A stretch of 64,000 bases of DNA from Betaproteobacteria bacterium (GCA_037141795.1 JBAXBV010000002.1:109237-173236); one strand, 5' to 3'; shown: positions 33,312 to 44,159, counted from the first letter of the stretch. Notes: generated from the sequence alone by a model not told the origin. Numbers and translations: made by a program.

Positions 33312-34319
33312 ATGCAGATCGGACCTTACAAACTCCGCAATCGGCTTGCCCTGGCTCCCATGGCCGGCATCTCGGACAGACCATTCCGGCTGCTTTGTAA
33401 GCGCCTCGGGGCTGGTTATACCGTCACGGAAATGATTGCTTCTGACAGAAGCCTCTGGGGAACGGACAAGAGCCGCAGAAGACGCATGCACGACGGGGAA
33501 ACGGGACCATTCGCCGTGCAGATTGCAGGGACGGATCCCACCCAAATGGCGGAAGCGGCACGCTTCAATGTGGATCAGGGGGCCGACATCATCGACATCA
33601 ACCTGGGGTGCCCAGCGAAGAAGGTGTGCAATGTCCTCGCTGGGTCTGCACTGATGCGCGATGAACTTCTGGTGGGCAGGATTATTGAAGCTGTCGTATC
33701 CGCTGTCGACGTCCCTGTGACCCTGAAGATGCGAACGGGCTGGGACCGCCAGTCTCGAAATGCCGAGCGGATTGCGAGAGTCGCGGTGAGCGCGGGCGTC
33801 TCAGCCCTTGCGGTACATGGTCGAACACGGGCAGACTTCTACAACGGATTGGCTGAGTACGACACGATCGCGGCAGTGAAAGCGACTGTGAGCGTTCCGG
33901 TGATGGCAAATGGAGACATCGATTCGCCGGCCAAAGCCTCTCACGTGCTCGAACTCACTGGGGCCGACGGATTGATGATCGGTCGAGCCGCGCAGGGACG
34001 GCCTTGGATCTTTCGGGAAATAAACGCGCACATTTCTGGGCATGCGCCCTGCCCCGAGCCATCGCCAGTTGAGATTCGCGATATTGTCCTCGAGCATGTT
34101 GCCGCGCTTTTCGGCCTTTATGGCGAACCATTGGGGGCTAGGGTTGCGCGCAAGCATGTGGGCTGGTACTCGCGCTCCCTGAGGGATGGAAACCTCCTGA
34201 GGCAACAGATCAATGTGATGGAGAGCGCCTCTGAGCAAACCATGGCCATCACGAATTTCTTTGACAGGCTGGTTACGAACCCGGAGCGGTCATGGGAAAC
34301 AGGGAAACGCGCCGCGTAG
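33312..34319 (+). CDS. dusB: tRNA-dihydrouridine synthase B
   Basis: ORF 33258..34319 trimmed to MQIGPYKLRNRLALAPMAGISDRPFR (canonical Dus N-terminus). DINLGCPAKKV. Followed by fis. Confidence 0.93.
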   Translation: MQIGPYKLRNRLALAPMAGISDRPFRLLCKRLGAGYTVTEMIASDRSLWGTDKSRRRRMHDGETGPFAVQIAGTDPTQMAEAARFNVDQGADIIDINLGCPAKKVCNVLAGSALMRDELLVGRIIEAVVSAVDVPVTLKMRTGWDRQSRNAERIARVAVSAGVSALAVHGRTRADFYNGLAEYDTIAAVKATVSVPVMANGDIDSPAKASHVLELTGADGLMIGRAAQGRPWIFREINAHISGHAPCPEPSPVEIRDIVLEHVAALFGLYGEPLGARVARKHVGWYSRSLRDGNLLRQQINVMESASEQTMAITNFFDRLVTNPERSWETGKRAA

Positions 34320-34552
34320 CGGATGAGAATGATGTACGGCGCTGCATCCGGCGAGCGCTGGATTTGTATTTCCGCGACCTCGACGGAGAGCGACCGGCAC
34401 CACTCCACGACATGGTCATAGCTTCAGTCGAATCCACTCTGCTGCAGTATGTGCTGGAGAAAGCAGAGGGCAATCAGAGCCAGGCGGCCGAGATCCTGGG
34501 CATGAATCGAAACACCCTGCGCAAGAAACTCAAGTTCTTCGGTTTGATTTGA
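34292..34552 (+). CDS. fis: DNA-binding protein Fis
   Basis: 86 aa. C-terminal HTH QSQAAEILGMNRNTLRKKLKFFGL, GGAG RBS, overlaps the dusB end (conserved dusB-fis operon). Confidence 0.9.
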   Translation: MGNRETRRVADENDVRRCIRRALDLYFRDLDGERPAPLHDMVIASVESTLLQYVLEKAEGNQSQAAEILGMNRNTLRKKLKFFGLI

Positions 34553-34585
34553 GACCATCCTCACGATATTTCATAGCGACCAGCG

Positions 34586-36157
34586 ATGAGTCAGATACAT
34601 TCTCGGCAGGCCCTGATAAGCGTATCGGACAAGTTCGGTCTGCTACCCCTTGCTCGCGGTCTGGTGCGTCATGGTGTTCGCATCCTATCGACCGGGGGAA
34701 CATCGAGGATCTTGCACGGGGATGGCATTGATGTAGTCGAAGTGTCAGCGTACACGGGTTTTCCGGAAATGCTCGATGGTCGCGTGAAGACCCTCCATCC
34801 AAGAATACACGCCGGCCTGCTCGCGAAACGAGATACGCCTGACCATGTAGCGGAGATGGCACGCGAAGAGATCGGCTATATCGATTTCGTGATTGTCAAT
34901 CTCTATCCATTTCAGCAAACAGTTGCCAGGGCGGATTGCTCTCTTGAGGAAGCCATCGAGAACATCGACATCGGTGGTCCGGCCATGCTTCGAGCAGCAG
35001 CCAAGAATCACGCGCACGTCACAGTGTTGTCTGATCCCGCCGACTATCCGGCCTTGATCGAAGAGTTGGATTCCTCGGCTGGGAACATCGGAGCGCGGAC
35101 GCGACTTACGCTTGCGCGGAAGGCCTTCGCGCACATAGCCAAGTATGATGCGGCTATTAGCGACTACCTCGGCGGTATCTTGGGTGATCGATCACCGAGT
35201 GAGTTTCCAGACCGGTTGAATCTGTGCCTCTTGAAACGACAGGAGTTGCGGTACGGGGAAAACCCTCATCAGCGCGCCGCCTTGTACACGGATCAGTACC
35301 CCGCCAGAGGTCAAGTCGGCGGATATCGTCAGTTGCAGGGCAAGGAACTGTCCTTCAACAACATTGTCGACGCCGACACCGCATGGGCGTGCGCGCAATC
35401 ATTCACACGTCCGGCATGCGTTATCGTCAAGCACGCAAATCCCTGCGGGGTGGCCCAGGAGGACAGGCTCGCGATCGCCTACCGGAACGCCTATGCGACG
35501 GACCCGACCTCTGCGTTCGGCGGCATCATCGCATTCAATCGCGAAGTGGATGGTGAGACCGCGCGTGCAATCATCAGCAATCAGTTCGTCGAAGTCATTG
35601 CCTCAAGCAGTTTTCATCCCGAGGCCCGGGAGGTTCTATCCGCGAAAGGGGGCATAAGGCTCCTGGAAATCCCTGGAATCCCGGAACAGAACATTCTGGA
35701 CATGAAGCGGGTGGGCGGTGGCCTGCTCGTGCAGACCGCGGATCGCATGGAAACGGAAGCTTCCGATCTGCGCCGGGTTACGCAGAAGGCCCCGTCCCAG
35801 GCGCAACTTGAAGATCTGCTCTTCGCATGGCGCGTTGCAAAATTCGTAAAGTCGAACGCCATCGTTTTCGCGTCTGACAATAGAACGCTCGCCATTGGGG
35901 CGGGACAAATGAGTCGTATCGATTCCGTGCGCATCGCGGCGATGAAGGCCCGGGAAGCAGGCCTCGATCTCGCTGGATGCGTGGCTGCATCCGATGCGTT
36001 CTTCCCCTTCAGGGACGGCCTGGACGCAATTGCGGACGCGGGGGCGGTCGCGGTCATTCAACCTGGCGGAAGCGTGCGGGACAGCGAAGTCATCGCTGCC
36101 GCCAATGAGCGCGGCATCGGTATGGTCTTGGCTGGCACGCGCCACTTCCGGCACTGA
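34586..36157 (+). CDS. purH: Bifunctional AICAR transformylase / IMP cyclohydrolase
   Basis: 523 aa. ALISVSDK, ILSTGGT and C-terminal GTRHFRH. Confidence 0.97.
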   Translation: MSQIHSRQALISVSDKFGLLPLARGLVRHGVRILSTGGTSRILHGDGIDVVEVSAYTGFPEMLDGRVKTLHPRIHAGLLAKRDTPDHVAEMAREEIGYIDFVIVNLYPFQQTVARADCSLEEAIENIDIGGPAMLRAAAKNHAHVTVLSDPADYPALIEELDSSAGNIGARTRLTLARKAFAHIAKYDAAISDYLGGILGDRSPSEFPDRLNLCLLKRQELRYGENPHQRAALYTDQYPARGQVGGYRQLQGKELSFNNIVDADTAWACAQSFTRPACVIVKHANPCGVAQEDRLAIAYRNAYATDPTSAFGGIIAFNREVDGETARAIISNQFVEVIASSSFHPEAREVLSAKGGIRLLEIPGIPEQNILDMKRVGGGLLVQTADRMETEASDLRRVTQKAPSQAQLEDLLFAWRVAKFVKSNAIVFASDNRTLAIGAGQMSRIDSVRIAAMKAREAGLDLAGCVAASDAFFPFRDGLDAIADAGAVAVIQPGGSVRDSEVIAAANERGIGMVLAGTRHFRH

Positions 36158-36216
36158 GAATCCCGTAGTCCGGGACAGGCCTCGAGCATCGGTAGGCTTC
36201 GCAAGGTGGATAAAGT

Positions 36217-37500
36217 ATGAAACTCCTCGTCGTCGGCGCCGGAGGCCGGGAACATGCCATCGCCTGGCGCCTCAGCCAGTCCCCGAGGGTTGCCAGGGTT
36301 TATGTGGCACCGGGAAACGCAGGAACTCGGCGAGAGGACGGGGTGGTCAACGTGGATCTAGGCACGATCAGCGAGATCATGGAGTTTGCGCGCGCGGAGA
36401 ACATCTCCCTCACGGTCGTTGGGCCCGAAGCGCCGCTGGCCCATGGAATCGTGGACCTTTTCCGTGCAGAGGGTCTGCGCATTTTCGGTCCAACCAGGGC
36501 GGCGGCACAGTTGGAAGCCTCCAAGGATTTTTCCAAGGCGTTCATGGTCCGGCATCGCATTCCCACCGCGACTTATGAGACCTTCTCCGATGCTACGGCC
36601 GCCCACGAGTATGTCGAACGACGCGGGGCGCCCATTGTCATCAAAGCGGACGGCCTTGCAGCAGGTAAAGGGGTGGTCGTGGCGCTTGATGTGCGGCAAG
36701 CACACGCGGCGATCGATTCGATGCTGCTTGATGACCGCTTGGGGAACGCGGGTGCTCGAGTGGTGATCGAGGACTTTCTCGAAGGCGAGGAAGCGAGCTT
36801 CATAGTAATGTCCGACGGGCGGAACGTGCTGCCACTCGCCACGAGCCAGGACCATAAGCGACTCCTGGACGGTGATTCGGGCCCGAACACCGGCGGGATG
36901 GGCGCTTACTCACCAGCCCCCGTGGTTGGACCCGAGGTGCATGCGCGCGCGATGCGGGAAGTCATTCTGCCCACGATTGCAGGCATGGAGGCCGAAGGTA
37001 AGCCCTTCACGGGATTTCTTTATGCGGGCTTGATGATTGCCCCAAGTGGCAGCATCCGCGTCCTTGAATTCAATTGCAGGTTGGGGGACCCGGAAACGCA
37101 GCCCATACTTCTCAGACTGAAGAGCGATTTCCTCGCCTTGATCGAACATGCCGTGAATGGGACCTTGGACCGTGCCGATGCGCAGTGGGATCGCCGTTAT
37201 GCGCTCGGGGTGGTCCTCGCGGCGGACGGGTATCCGGACAATCCCAGGCGGGGCGACCCCATTACCGGCCTTCCACAAGACACTGCGGATGGCCATGTCT
37301 TTCACGCGGGGACCCTGAGCCGGGATGGTGAGATCATCACGGCTGGAGGTAGGGTCCTTTGCGTGACAGCACTGGGAGACACGGTACGGATCGCCCAACG
37401 CCGCGCTTACGAACTTGCCGATCGGATTCATTTTCCCGGACGCCAGATGCGTCGGGACATTGGCTATCGTGCCATCGAAGCCCGCAGGAGCCCGCTGTGA
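36217..37500 (+). CDS. purD: Phosphoribosylamine-glycine ligase
   Basis: 427 aa ATP-grasp with N-terminus [19 protein letters not shown]. purH-purD order. Confidence 0.97.
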   Translation: MKLLVVGAGGREHAIAWRLSQSPRVARVYVAPGNAGTRREDGVVNVDLGTISEIMEFARAENISLTVVGPEAPLAHGIVDLFRAEGLRIFGPTRAAAQLEASKDFSKAFMVRHRIPTATYETFSDATAAHEYVERRGAPIVIKADGLAAGKGVVVALDVRQAHAAIDSMLLDDRLGNAGARVVIEDFLEGEEASFIVMSDGRNVLPLATSQDHKRLLDGDSGPNTGGMGAYSPAPVVGPEVHARAMREVILPTIAGMEAEGKPFTGFLYAGLMIAPSGSIRVLEFNCRLGDPETQPILLRLKSDFLALIEHAVNGTLDRADAQWDRRYALGVVLAADGYPDNPRRGDPITGLPQDTADGHVFHAGTLSRDGEIITAGGRVLCVTALGDTVRIAQRRAYELADRIHFPGRQMRRDIGYRAIEARRSPL

Positions 37501-38426
37501 TGGAATCTCTTCAACCTGCCATAGATCTGGTCGCCGCAAGGGAGTTCTTTCTTGGGCTTCATTCGAAGATTGTGGCGGGCCTGGAAACAGAGGAACGACA
37601 GGCTTTTCGGCGAGACGACTGGATCCGGGAGGAGGGTGGAGGTGGGCGTTCCTGCCTGATTGAAGATGGTCATGTCTTTGAACGTGCTGGTGTGCTTTTC
37701 AGTCATGTCTTTGGCAACAGTCTCCCTACTTCCGCTTCGGCAAGTCGGCCGGAACTGGCCGGCCGCGGTTTCGAAGCCATGGGTGTATCGCTGGTTCTGC
37801 ATCCGCGCAACCCTTACGTTCCGACGGTGCACTTGAATGTCAGGCTGTTCGCCGCCACCAAACGTGATGAGCTACCCGTGTGGTGGTTCGGCGGCGGGAT
37901 GGATCTGACCCCGTACTACGGTTTCGAAGAAGATGCACGCCATTTCCACCAGAGCTGCAAAGCATCACTGGCCCCGTTTGGCGCGTCGCTGTATCCGCGC
38001 TTCAAGAAGTGGTGTGATCAGTACTTTTACCTCAAACACAGAGGCGAGCCGCGGGGTATCGGAGGGATTTTCTTTGATGACCTATGCACTCCTGATTTTT
38101 CAACCTGCGTATCTCTCGTAGAAAGCGTTGGACTCCATTTCCTGGTCGCTTACTTGCCAATCATCCAACGGCGACGGCAACTGCCCTACTCGGATCGGGA
38201 GCGTGACTTTCAGGCCTACAGGCGTGGCCGCTACGTCGAGTTCAACCTTGTCTTCGACCGGGGCACGCTCTTTGGCCTTCAGTCAGGGGGGCGAACGGAA
38301 TCTATCCTCCTGTCCTTGCCGCCAGTCGTGCGCTGGCGCTACGACTGGCGTCCAGAGCCCGGCTCTCCGGAAGCCCAGTTGTACGATGAGTACCTGATTG
38401 GGCGAGATTGGGTGCCTCTGGAATAG
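37500..38426 (+). CDS. hemF: Oxygen-dependent coproporphyrinogen-III oxidase
   Basis: ORF 37359..38426 trimmed to [10 protein letters not shown] (its ATG overlaps the purD TGA by 1 nt). Near full-length colinearity with the HemF family: [39 protein letters not shown] and [30 protein letters not shown]. Confidence 0.96.
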   Translation: MESLQPAIDLVAAREFFLGLHSKIVAGLETEERQAFRRDDWIREEGGGGRSCLIEDGHVFERAGVLFSHVFGNSLPTSASASRPELAGRGFEAMGVSLVLHPRNPYVPTVHLNVRLFAATKRDELPVWWFGGGMDLTPYYGFEEDARHFHQSCKASLAPFGASLYPRFKKWCDQYFYLKHRGEPRGIGGIFFDDLCTPDFSTCVSLVESVGLHFLVAYLPIIQRRRQLPYSDRERDFQAYRRGRYVEFNLVFDRGTLFGLQSGGRTESILLSLPPVVRWRYDWRPEPGSPEAQLYDEYLIGRDWVPLE

Positions 38427-38602
38427 ACTTTGGTTGGCGCTTTGTTGGACAACGCAAAAATCACCGACACTCATGTGTCGTTATTGGCACGAAAAGAGCT
38501 TTGCCTCTTGGCTCACACAGGGCACTCTTCGACCAGAGTGAGGATAGCCATGAAATCAAAGCATTGTTCAGAGCTTTCAAAGAAAGCTCGACGAGGTCTT
38601 CG

Positions 38603-39076
38603 ATGTCCGGTGACGCTGACCGTCAGTTACTGATAAACAATCAGCTTAGAGCACGAGTGGCGCGTCTGGAGAGGCTCTTGTCTCAATACGGATTGCCCGT
38701 TCCGCCTGGCGACGATGGGGCCTTTGAGGCCCCAGCACCACACCTGTCCTTTCCGGAACTTGACTTCTCCGAACCCAAACGCAAGCCGCCTAGGGCGGTG
38801 GCCGTACGCTCGGCAATCGAGGAGTTCCCCCATATCACGGCAGCAGTCTTGCGACTTTGGGGAAAGGACGGGTTCGAAGAATATCTGGCGAAACTCATCG
38901 TTGACGAAAGGGGCAATCGCAAGGGTTTCAACATGGATGCGATGGAAGAACTCCTGTTTCTTGCCCGGGTCACGCGCCAGAGGAAAGCGTTTTTCGGATC
39001 AGAGACGGGTGATCAGCCCGGAAATCCATGGAAGGGGCTCCGCGAAGCAACCGGCAGAACCGCCGGAGGCAGGTAG
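38603..39076 (+). CDS. Hypothetical protein (N-terminal coiled coil, C-terminal small helical domain)
   Basis: ORF 38408..39076; probable start at MSGDADRQLL (GAGG about 8 nt upstream). No motif I can assign. Coding status is supported only by length, position and protein-like composition. Confidence 0.55.
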   Translation: MSGDADRQLLINNQLRARVARLERLLSQYGLPVPPGDDGAFEAPAPHLSFPELDFSEPKRKPPRAVAVRSAIEEFPHITAAVLRLWGKDGFEEYLAKLIVDERGNRKGFNMDAMEELLFLARVTRQRKAFFGSETGDQPGNPWKGLREATGRTAGGR

Positions 39077-39092
39077 ATTCTTCCCGCGCACC

Positions 39093-39803
39093 CTAGCCAC
39101 CGAGATATGCTTCCCTCACTTGAGGGCTTGCCAGCAAGTCGCTTGAACCCGCATTTTGTGTAATCACCCCTGACTCCATTACGTAACCCCGCGACGAGAC
39201 CTCGAGGGCGAGCAGAGCGTTCTGTTCGACCAACAAGATGGAAACACCCTCTCTTGCAATTGATTGGATCACCTCGAATATGCGGCGAACCATGAGCGGC
39301 GCCAGGCCCATGCTCGGTTCATCCAGCAGGAGCAGCGTGGGACGCCCCATCATTGCACGTCCAATCGCCAGCATCTGTTGCTCGCCACCCGACAGTGTCC
39401 CTGCAACTTGCCTTCGACGCTCCTTAAGCCTCGGGAACAACTCGAAAACCCTTTCCAGATCAGCCTTTATGGCTGGACTGTCTTTTCGGACATAGGCCCC
39501 CATCATCAGATTTTCTTCCACATGAAGACGCGCGAAGATTCCGCGTCCTTCAGGTACCAGAGCAATCCCACGACCAATCAAGCAATGGGATGCGAGGTTG
39601 CTGATAGTCTCACCCTGAAACCGTACGATACCGGCCGACGGCCTCAGTAACCCTGCAAGAGCCTTGAGGGTAGTGGTCTTGCCGGCTCCGTTGGCTCCTA
39701 TGAGAGCCACAAGTTCGCCCTCTGCCACCGAGAGGCTCACACCCCGGACTGCGGCGATACCTCCATAGGAGACCTCGAGGCCCTCAACCTCGAGAAACTT
39801 CAT
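39093..39803 (-). CDS. livF: Branched-chain amino acid ABC transporter ATP-binding protein LivF
   Basis: 236 aa. Walker A GANGAGKTT and signature LSGGEQQ. Last gene of the liv operon. Confidence 0.9.
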   Translation of the reverse strand: MKFLEVEGLEVSYGGIAAVRGVSLSVAEGELVALIGANGAGKTTTLKALAGLLRPSAGIVRFQGETISNLASHCLIGRGIALVPEGRGIFARLHVEENLMMGAYVRKDSPAIKADLERVFELFPRLKERRRQVAGTLSGGEQQMLAIGRAMMGRPTLLLLDEPSMGLAPLMVRRIFEVIQSIAREGVSILLVEQNALLALEVSSRGYVMESGVITQNAGSSDLLASPQVREAYLGG

Positions 39804-40597
39804 GATGCTTTCTCTTCGTCTCGCAGGGGTGCTCCCAGATATGCGGTAATCACAGCAGGATCCTGCTGCACCTCCCTAGCTGGCCCCTCTGCGATCTTTC
39901 TTCCATAGTCGAGGACTGCTACCCGGTCGCACAAACCCATGACAAGCTTCACATCGTGTTCGATTAGCAGCACAGTCGTACCATCCGACCTGATGCGTTC
40001 AATCAATAGCCCAAGCGCCCGCCTCTCGGTCGGATTCATTCCTGCGGCGGGCTCGTCCAATGCCAACAACTTGGGTCTGGTCGCGAGGGCGCGGGCGATT
40101 TCCAAGCGCCTCTGATCCCCATAGGAGAGGCTTCGTGCCAAGGAATCCGTACCACCTTCGATACCTACGTAATTGAGCAAGGCGCGGGCGCGCTCCAAGA
40201 TTTCCTTCTCCTCGGAGCGCGTGGCTCGGGTGCGAAAAACTGCACCGACGAGACCCGCCCGTGTTCTCACATGCTGCCCGACCATTACATTCTCAAGTGC
40301 TGTCATGTTTGAGAACAGACGGATGTTCTGGAAAGTTCGGGCAATTCCAATGGCGGCACACCGATAGGGCTTGAGTCCCGTCAGTACGCGTCCGTCGAAA
40401 GTGAAAGTGCCTCCATCTGCCGCGTACAACCCCGTCAGAACATTGAAAAGGGTTGTCTTGCCCGCACCATTGGGTCCGATGAGCCCGTACACCTCACCGC
40501 GAAGAATGGTGAGGGAAACCTCCGATAGCGCTCGGAGACCTCCGAACCGCTTGTCGATACGGTCCGCTCGCAAGAGTGCGTTGACCCCTTCGATCAT
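39800..40597 (-). CDS. livG: Branched-chain amino acid ABC transporter ATP-binding protein LivG
   Basis: 265 aa. Walker A GPNGAGKTT and signature LSYGDQRR. 4-nt overlaps with livM and livF. Confidence 0.9.
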   Translation of the reverse strand: MIEGVNALLRADRIDKRFGGLRALSEVSLTILRGEVYGLIGPNGAGKTTLFNVLTGLYAADGGTFTFDGRVLTGLKPYRCAAIGIARTFQNIRLFSNMTALENVMVGQHVRTRAGLVGAVFRTRATRSEEKEILERARALLNYVGIEGGTDSLARSLSYGDQRRLEIARALATRPKLLALDEPAAGMNPTERRALGLLIERIRSDGTTVLLIEHDVKLVMGLCDRVAVLDYGRKIAEGPAREVQQDPAVITAYLGAPLRDEEKAS

Positions 40598-41658
40598 GGG
40601 ACCCGAGCCTCCGCCGCAAACTCCCGCCGGCGGGTCTTTGACGGCCAGAGCCCGGCAGGCCGATAAAGCATCATCAGAACCAGTGCCAAGCCAAACAGCA
40701 ACATCCGGATCACTTCGGGCTCAATGACAAGTCGGCCAAAAACAGCCTTCTGGAACGGTTCAACCGTGTACCGCAGCAGTTCCGGAACGAACGATAACAG
40801 TATTGCTCCGAGGATAACTCCCCAGATGTTGCCCATGCCACCCAGCACTACCATCGCGAGCACCATGATCGACTCGACCAGTACAAAGCTCTCCGGGCTG
40901 ATAAATCCCTGTATGGCGGCAAACATTCCTCCGGCGACTCCACCAAAGCTCGCCCCCATGGCGAAAGCAAGCAATTTGATATTCCGGGTGTTGATACCCA
41001 TCGCCTGGGCGGCAGTCTCATCCTCCCGAATGGCAACCCATGCTCGACCGATACGGGAATCCTGTAGTCGGATGTTCACTGCAACGACCACTACCAGGAC
41101 AAAGAGCAGCAAGTAGTAATACTTCAAGGGTCCGCTAAATTGCAGTCCAAACCACTCATCAGGTTTCCCCAGATTGATGTCACCGATCCTGAACGGATCG
41201 ATGCGGGAGATCCCCTGTGGCCCGTTCGTGATGTTGACTGGCTGAGACAGGTTGTTGAGAAAGATCCTGACGATTTCGCCAAAACCAAGCGTCACGATAG
41301 CCAGATAGTCACCGCGCAGTTTGAGCGTCGGAGCTCCCAGCAGGACTCCGAACAAACAAGACAGACAAGCCCCGATCGGAAGAATGATCCAGAACGGCAG
41401 ATGAAGACCGAAATGAGGGGAAGCAAGAAGGGCGTAAGTGTAGGCACCGACTCCGTAGAAGGCGATGTAGCCTAGATCAAGAAGGCCGGCGAACCCGACT
41501 ACAATGTTCAACCCCAGCGACAGCAACGCAAACAGAATGGCAAGGTTCGCGATTCGGACCCATGCCGTACCTACCCAAGCCAGCGCGAAGGGCAGAGCAA
41601 GCAAAGCCATGATTGCCATGGCGACTCCCACCCAGATAGCAATCCTTTCTTTCGTCAT
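40594..41658 (-). CDS. livM: Branched-chain amino acid ABC transporter permease LivM
   Basis: ORF 40594..41691. Polytopic membrane protein of the HAAT permease family. Start ambiguous: ATG at 41658 or TTG at 41691 immediately after the livH stop. Confidence 0.88.
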   Translation of the reverse strand: MTKERIAIWVGVAMAIMALLALPFALAWVGTAWVRIANLAILFALLSLGLNIVVGFAGLLDLGYIAFYGVGAYTYALLASPHFGLHLPFWIILPIGACLSCLFGVLLGAPTLKLRGDYLAIVTLGFGEIVRIFLNNLSQPVNITNGPQGISRIDPFRIGDINLGKPDEWFGLQFSGPLKYYYLLLFVLVVVVAVNIRLQDSRIGRAWVAIREDETAAQAMGINTRNIKLLAFAMGASFGGVAGGMFAAIQGFISPESFVLVESIMVLAMVVLGGMGNIWGVILGAILLSFVPELLRYTVEPFQKAVFGRLVIEPEVIRMLLFGLALVLMMLYRPAGLWPSKTRRREFAAEARVP

Positions 41659-41691
41659 CACGCAATCAATAACCCCGAGGGGCCACGCCAA

Positions 41692-42681
41692 TCAGGCACG
41701 GTCACCAACCCGCTCACCCAAGAGACCCGAAGGACGGAAAACCAGGACGAGAATCAGAACAACAAAGGCAAAGACGTCCTGATAGTTGCTCCCGAAAACA
41801 ATCAGATGCCCATCCCGTGCACATCTTTCCTCGAGAACTGCAGAGAGCCAACCGATCTCGCAAAGATTGGTGACCTCGCTTATGTAGCCAGCACCAAGAG
41901 ATTCCACAATACCCAACAACATGCCCCCGATCATTGCACCGGCCAGATTACCGATGCCACCAAGAACGGCCGCAGAGAAAGCCTTCAAACCCAACAACGC
42001 GCCCATGGTGTAGTGAGCTATGCCGTAGTACGTTCCGACCATGACACCAGCCACAGCACCAAGGGCAGCACCCAAGACGAATGTCATGGAGATCACTCGG
42101 TTGATATCTATGCCCATGAGCCCGGCCACCTGAGGATTTTCGGAGGTTGCTCGCATCGCGACGCCCAATTTCGTTCTGTACACAAGAGCAGAGAGCCCAG
42201 CCATCATCACCAGTGAAAGCGCGATGATGGAAAGCTGAACGACGCTTACCGTCGCGCCGGCGACCTCAAACACCGAGTTCTTGATGATCTGCGGAAATGC
42301 AAGAGGGTTCCTACTCCAGAGCAACATCACCAGATGCTGGAGGATGATCGATATTCCGATCGCCGTTATGAGCGGTGCCAGTCGAGGGGCCGAGCGCAAT
42401 GGCCGATAAGCAATCCGCTCCATGACATAGCCAACAGCCATACAGACCGGAATCGCGGCAAACGCACCGGCCAGCACGATCACGGCCGGTGGAAACCCGC
42501 TGCCGCTTGCCGACATGGTTGAAATCACCGACAGGGCCACCATGGCTCCGATCATCACCACCTCGCCGTGGGCGAAGTTGATGAGTTGCACGATCCCATA
42601 AACCATTGTGTAGCCAAGAGCCACGATGGCATAGACGCTCCCGAGGGTCAGCCCATTGATGATCTGCTGAATGAAATCCAC
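41692..42681 (-). CDS. livH: Branched-chain amino acid ABC transporter permease LivH
   Basis: ORF 41692..42786 trimmed to a GTG at 42681, giving (M)DFIQQIINGLTLGSVYAIVALGYTMVYG (canonical LivH N-terminus). Carries an extra segment of about 23 aa near the C-terminus (see findings). Confidence 0.88.
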   Translation of the reverse strand: MDFIQQIINGLTLGSVYAIVALGYTMVYGIVQLINFAHGEVVMIGAMVALSVISTMSASGSGFPPAVIVLAGAFAAIPVCMAVGYVMERIAYRPLRSAPRLAPLITAIGISIILQHLVMLLWSRNPLAFPQIIKNSVFEVAGATVSVVQLSIIALSLVMMAGLSALVYRTKLGVAMRATSENPQVAGLMGIDINRVISMTFVLGAALGAVAGVMVGTYYGIAHYTMGALLGLKAFSAAVLGGIGNLAGAMIGGMLLGIVESLGAGYISEVTNLCEIGWLSAVLEERCARDGHLIVFGSNYQDVFAFVVLILVLVFRPSGLLGERVGDRA

Positions 42682-42902
42682 TTGACTGACCGGTCCCCGT
42701 AAAGCAAGGCTATGCTGGAGGCCTTGCCGATGGATCAAATAATCATTGAAACGGAAAGCACGTTGAAGGCTAGATCCGCCGACCAAACGCTCCTGCGTAC
42801 CCTAGTCAGTTCATGCCGGCGAGCAGCACACGGCTGTCCGAGCCAGCCGAAACCTTCGGGTACAGACCCGTCGAATCCTCGAGTACTGACTCGGACAAAT
42901 GA

Positions 42903-44159
42903 CTACTTCGCAGCGGTTCCTGCGCCCTTGAGGAAGTCCTCATACTTGATCGTTTGACCACTCTTGATCACGGCGACCGGTTCGATCTTCCCCGCTTTCA
43001 TGGTGAAGATTGTCATTTCCGCATCCTTGCGATCTCCCTTCTCGTCGAACTCGACCTTGCCGCTCGCACCCTCGTAAGAGATCTTCTTCAACTCGGGCAA
43101 GTACTTGGATGGATCGACAGAGTCCGCCTTCTGCATGGCGGCAATCAGGAGATTCGCAGCATCGTAAGTAAACGGCGCGTAAATGACTGGATCGGTGCCA
43201 AACTTGGCCTTGTAGGCTTCGAGGAATCCCTTGCTCGAGGCCTGAACCGGAATACCCGCTTGGGAACAGATCAGGCCCTCAGATGCCTCGCCCGCGAGTT
43301 CTCTCATCTTGTCTGAACACGCGCCATCGCCAAATGCAAAAACCGCCTTCATCCCAAGTTCGCGCCCCTGCTTCATCAAAGGCGCAGCGGCCGCATCCAT
43401 TCCACCGAAAAACACCGCGTCAGGCTTCTTGCCCCGAAGCTTGGTAAGCACCGCTTTCCAGTCAGTCTGCTTGTCCGTACCCTTCTCTCGGGGCAACACC
43501 GTTATGCCTGCGGCCTTCAAGGACTTCTCGACCTCATTGGCAAGACCTTCCCCGTAAGACGTTGCATCGTCGACTATCGCCACCAGCTTTGGCTTGGTCT
43601 GCGCGACGAGAAAACTGGCAATCGCCGGTCCCTGCTGGTCATCTCGCCCCACAGTCCTGAATGTGACGGAGAACCCCTGCTCGGTAAGTTGGGGGTTAGT
43701 CGCCGAACCACTGATCATAGGAATACCGGCCTGGTTGTAGACCGATGACGCCGGAATCGTCACACCAGAGTTGAGATGACCCACCACCCCTGCCACCTTC
43801 GCGTCCGCAAACTTCTGCGCAACGATGGGACCTTTGTCCGGCTTTCCCTCGTCGTCTTCGCTGAGCATTTCGAAGACCACCTTTTGTCCACCGATGGTAA
43901 GCCCCTTGCCATTCGCCTCCTCAACAGCAAGTCGCACCCCGCTCTCGTTGTCTTTCCCCATATGCGCGATGCTTCCCGTAAGGGGTGCTGCATGCCCGAT
44001 CTTCACCGTGACCTGGGCCGGAGCAGGAGTCGCACCGGGAGCCGGCGCAACCGCAACTGGCGCCTCCTCTTTCTTGCCGCAGCCGGCCACCGCAAGGGCA
44101 ACGACCAGTCCAGATAGGGAAACATTCAAACGCAATGCGGCATAAGGAAATCCGGACAT
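42903..44159 (-). CDS. livK: Branched-chain amino acid ABC transporter substrate-binding lipoprotein
   Basis: 418 aa. Lipobox LAVAGCG, type-I periplasmic binding protein composition, strong RBS AGGAGAA, heads livKHMGF. Confidence 0.88.
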   Translation of the reverse strand: MSGFPYAALRLNVSLSGLVVALAVAGCGKKEEAPVAVAPAPGATPAPAQVTVKIGHAAPLTGSIAHMGKDNESGVRLAVEEANGKGLTIGGQKVVFEMLSEDDEGKPDKGPIVAQKFADAKVAGVVGHLNSGVTIPASSVYNQAGIPMISGSATNPQLTEQGFSVTFRTVGRDDQQGPAIASFLVAQTKPKLVAIVDDATSYGEGLANEVEKSLKAAGITVLPREKGTDKQTDWKAVLTKLRGKKPDAVFFGGMDAAAAPLMKQGRELGMKAVFAFGDGACSDKMRELAGEASEGLICSQAGIPVQASSKGFLEAYKAKFGTDPVIYAPFTYDAANLLIAAMQKADSVDPSKYLPELKKISYEGASGKVEFDEKGDRKDAEMTIFTMKAGKIEPVAVIKSGQTIKYEDFLKGAGTAAK

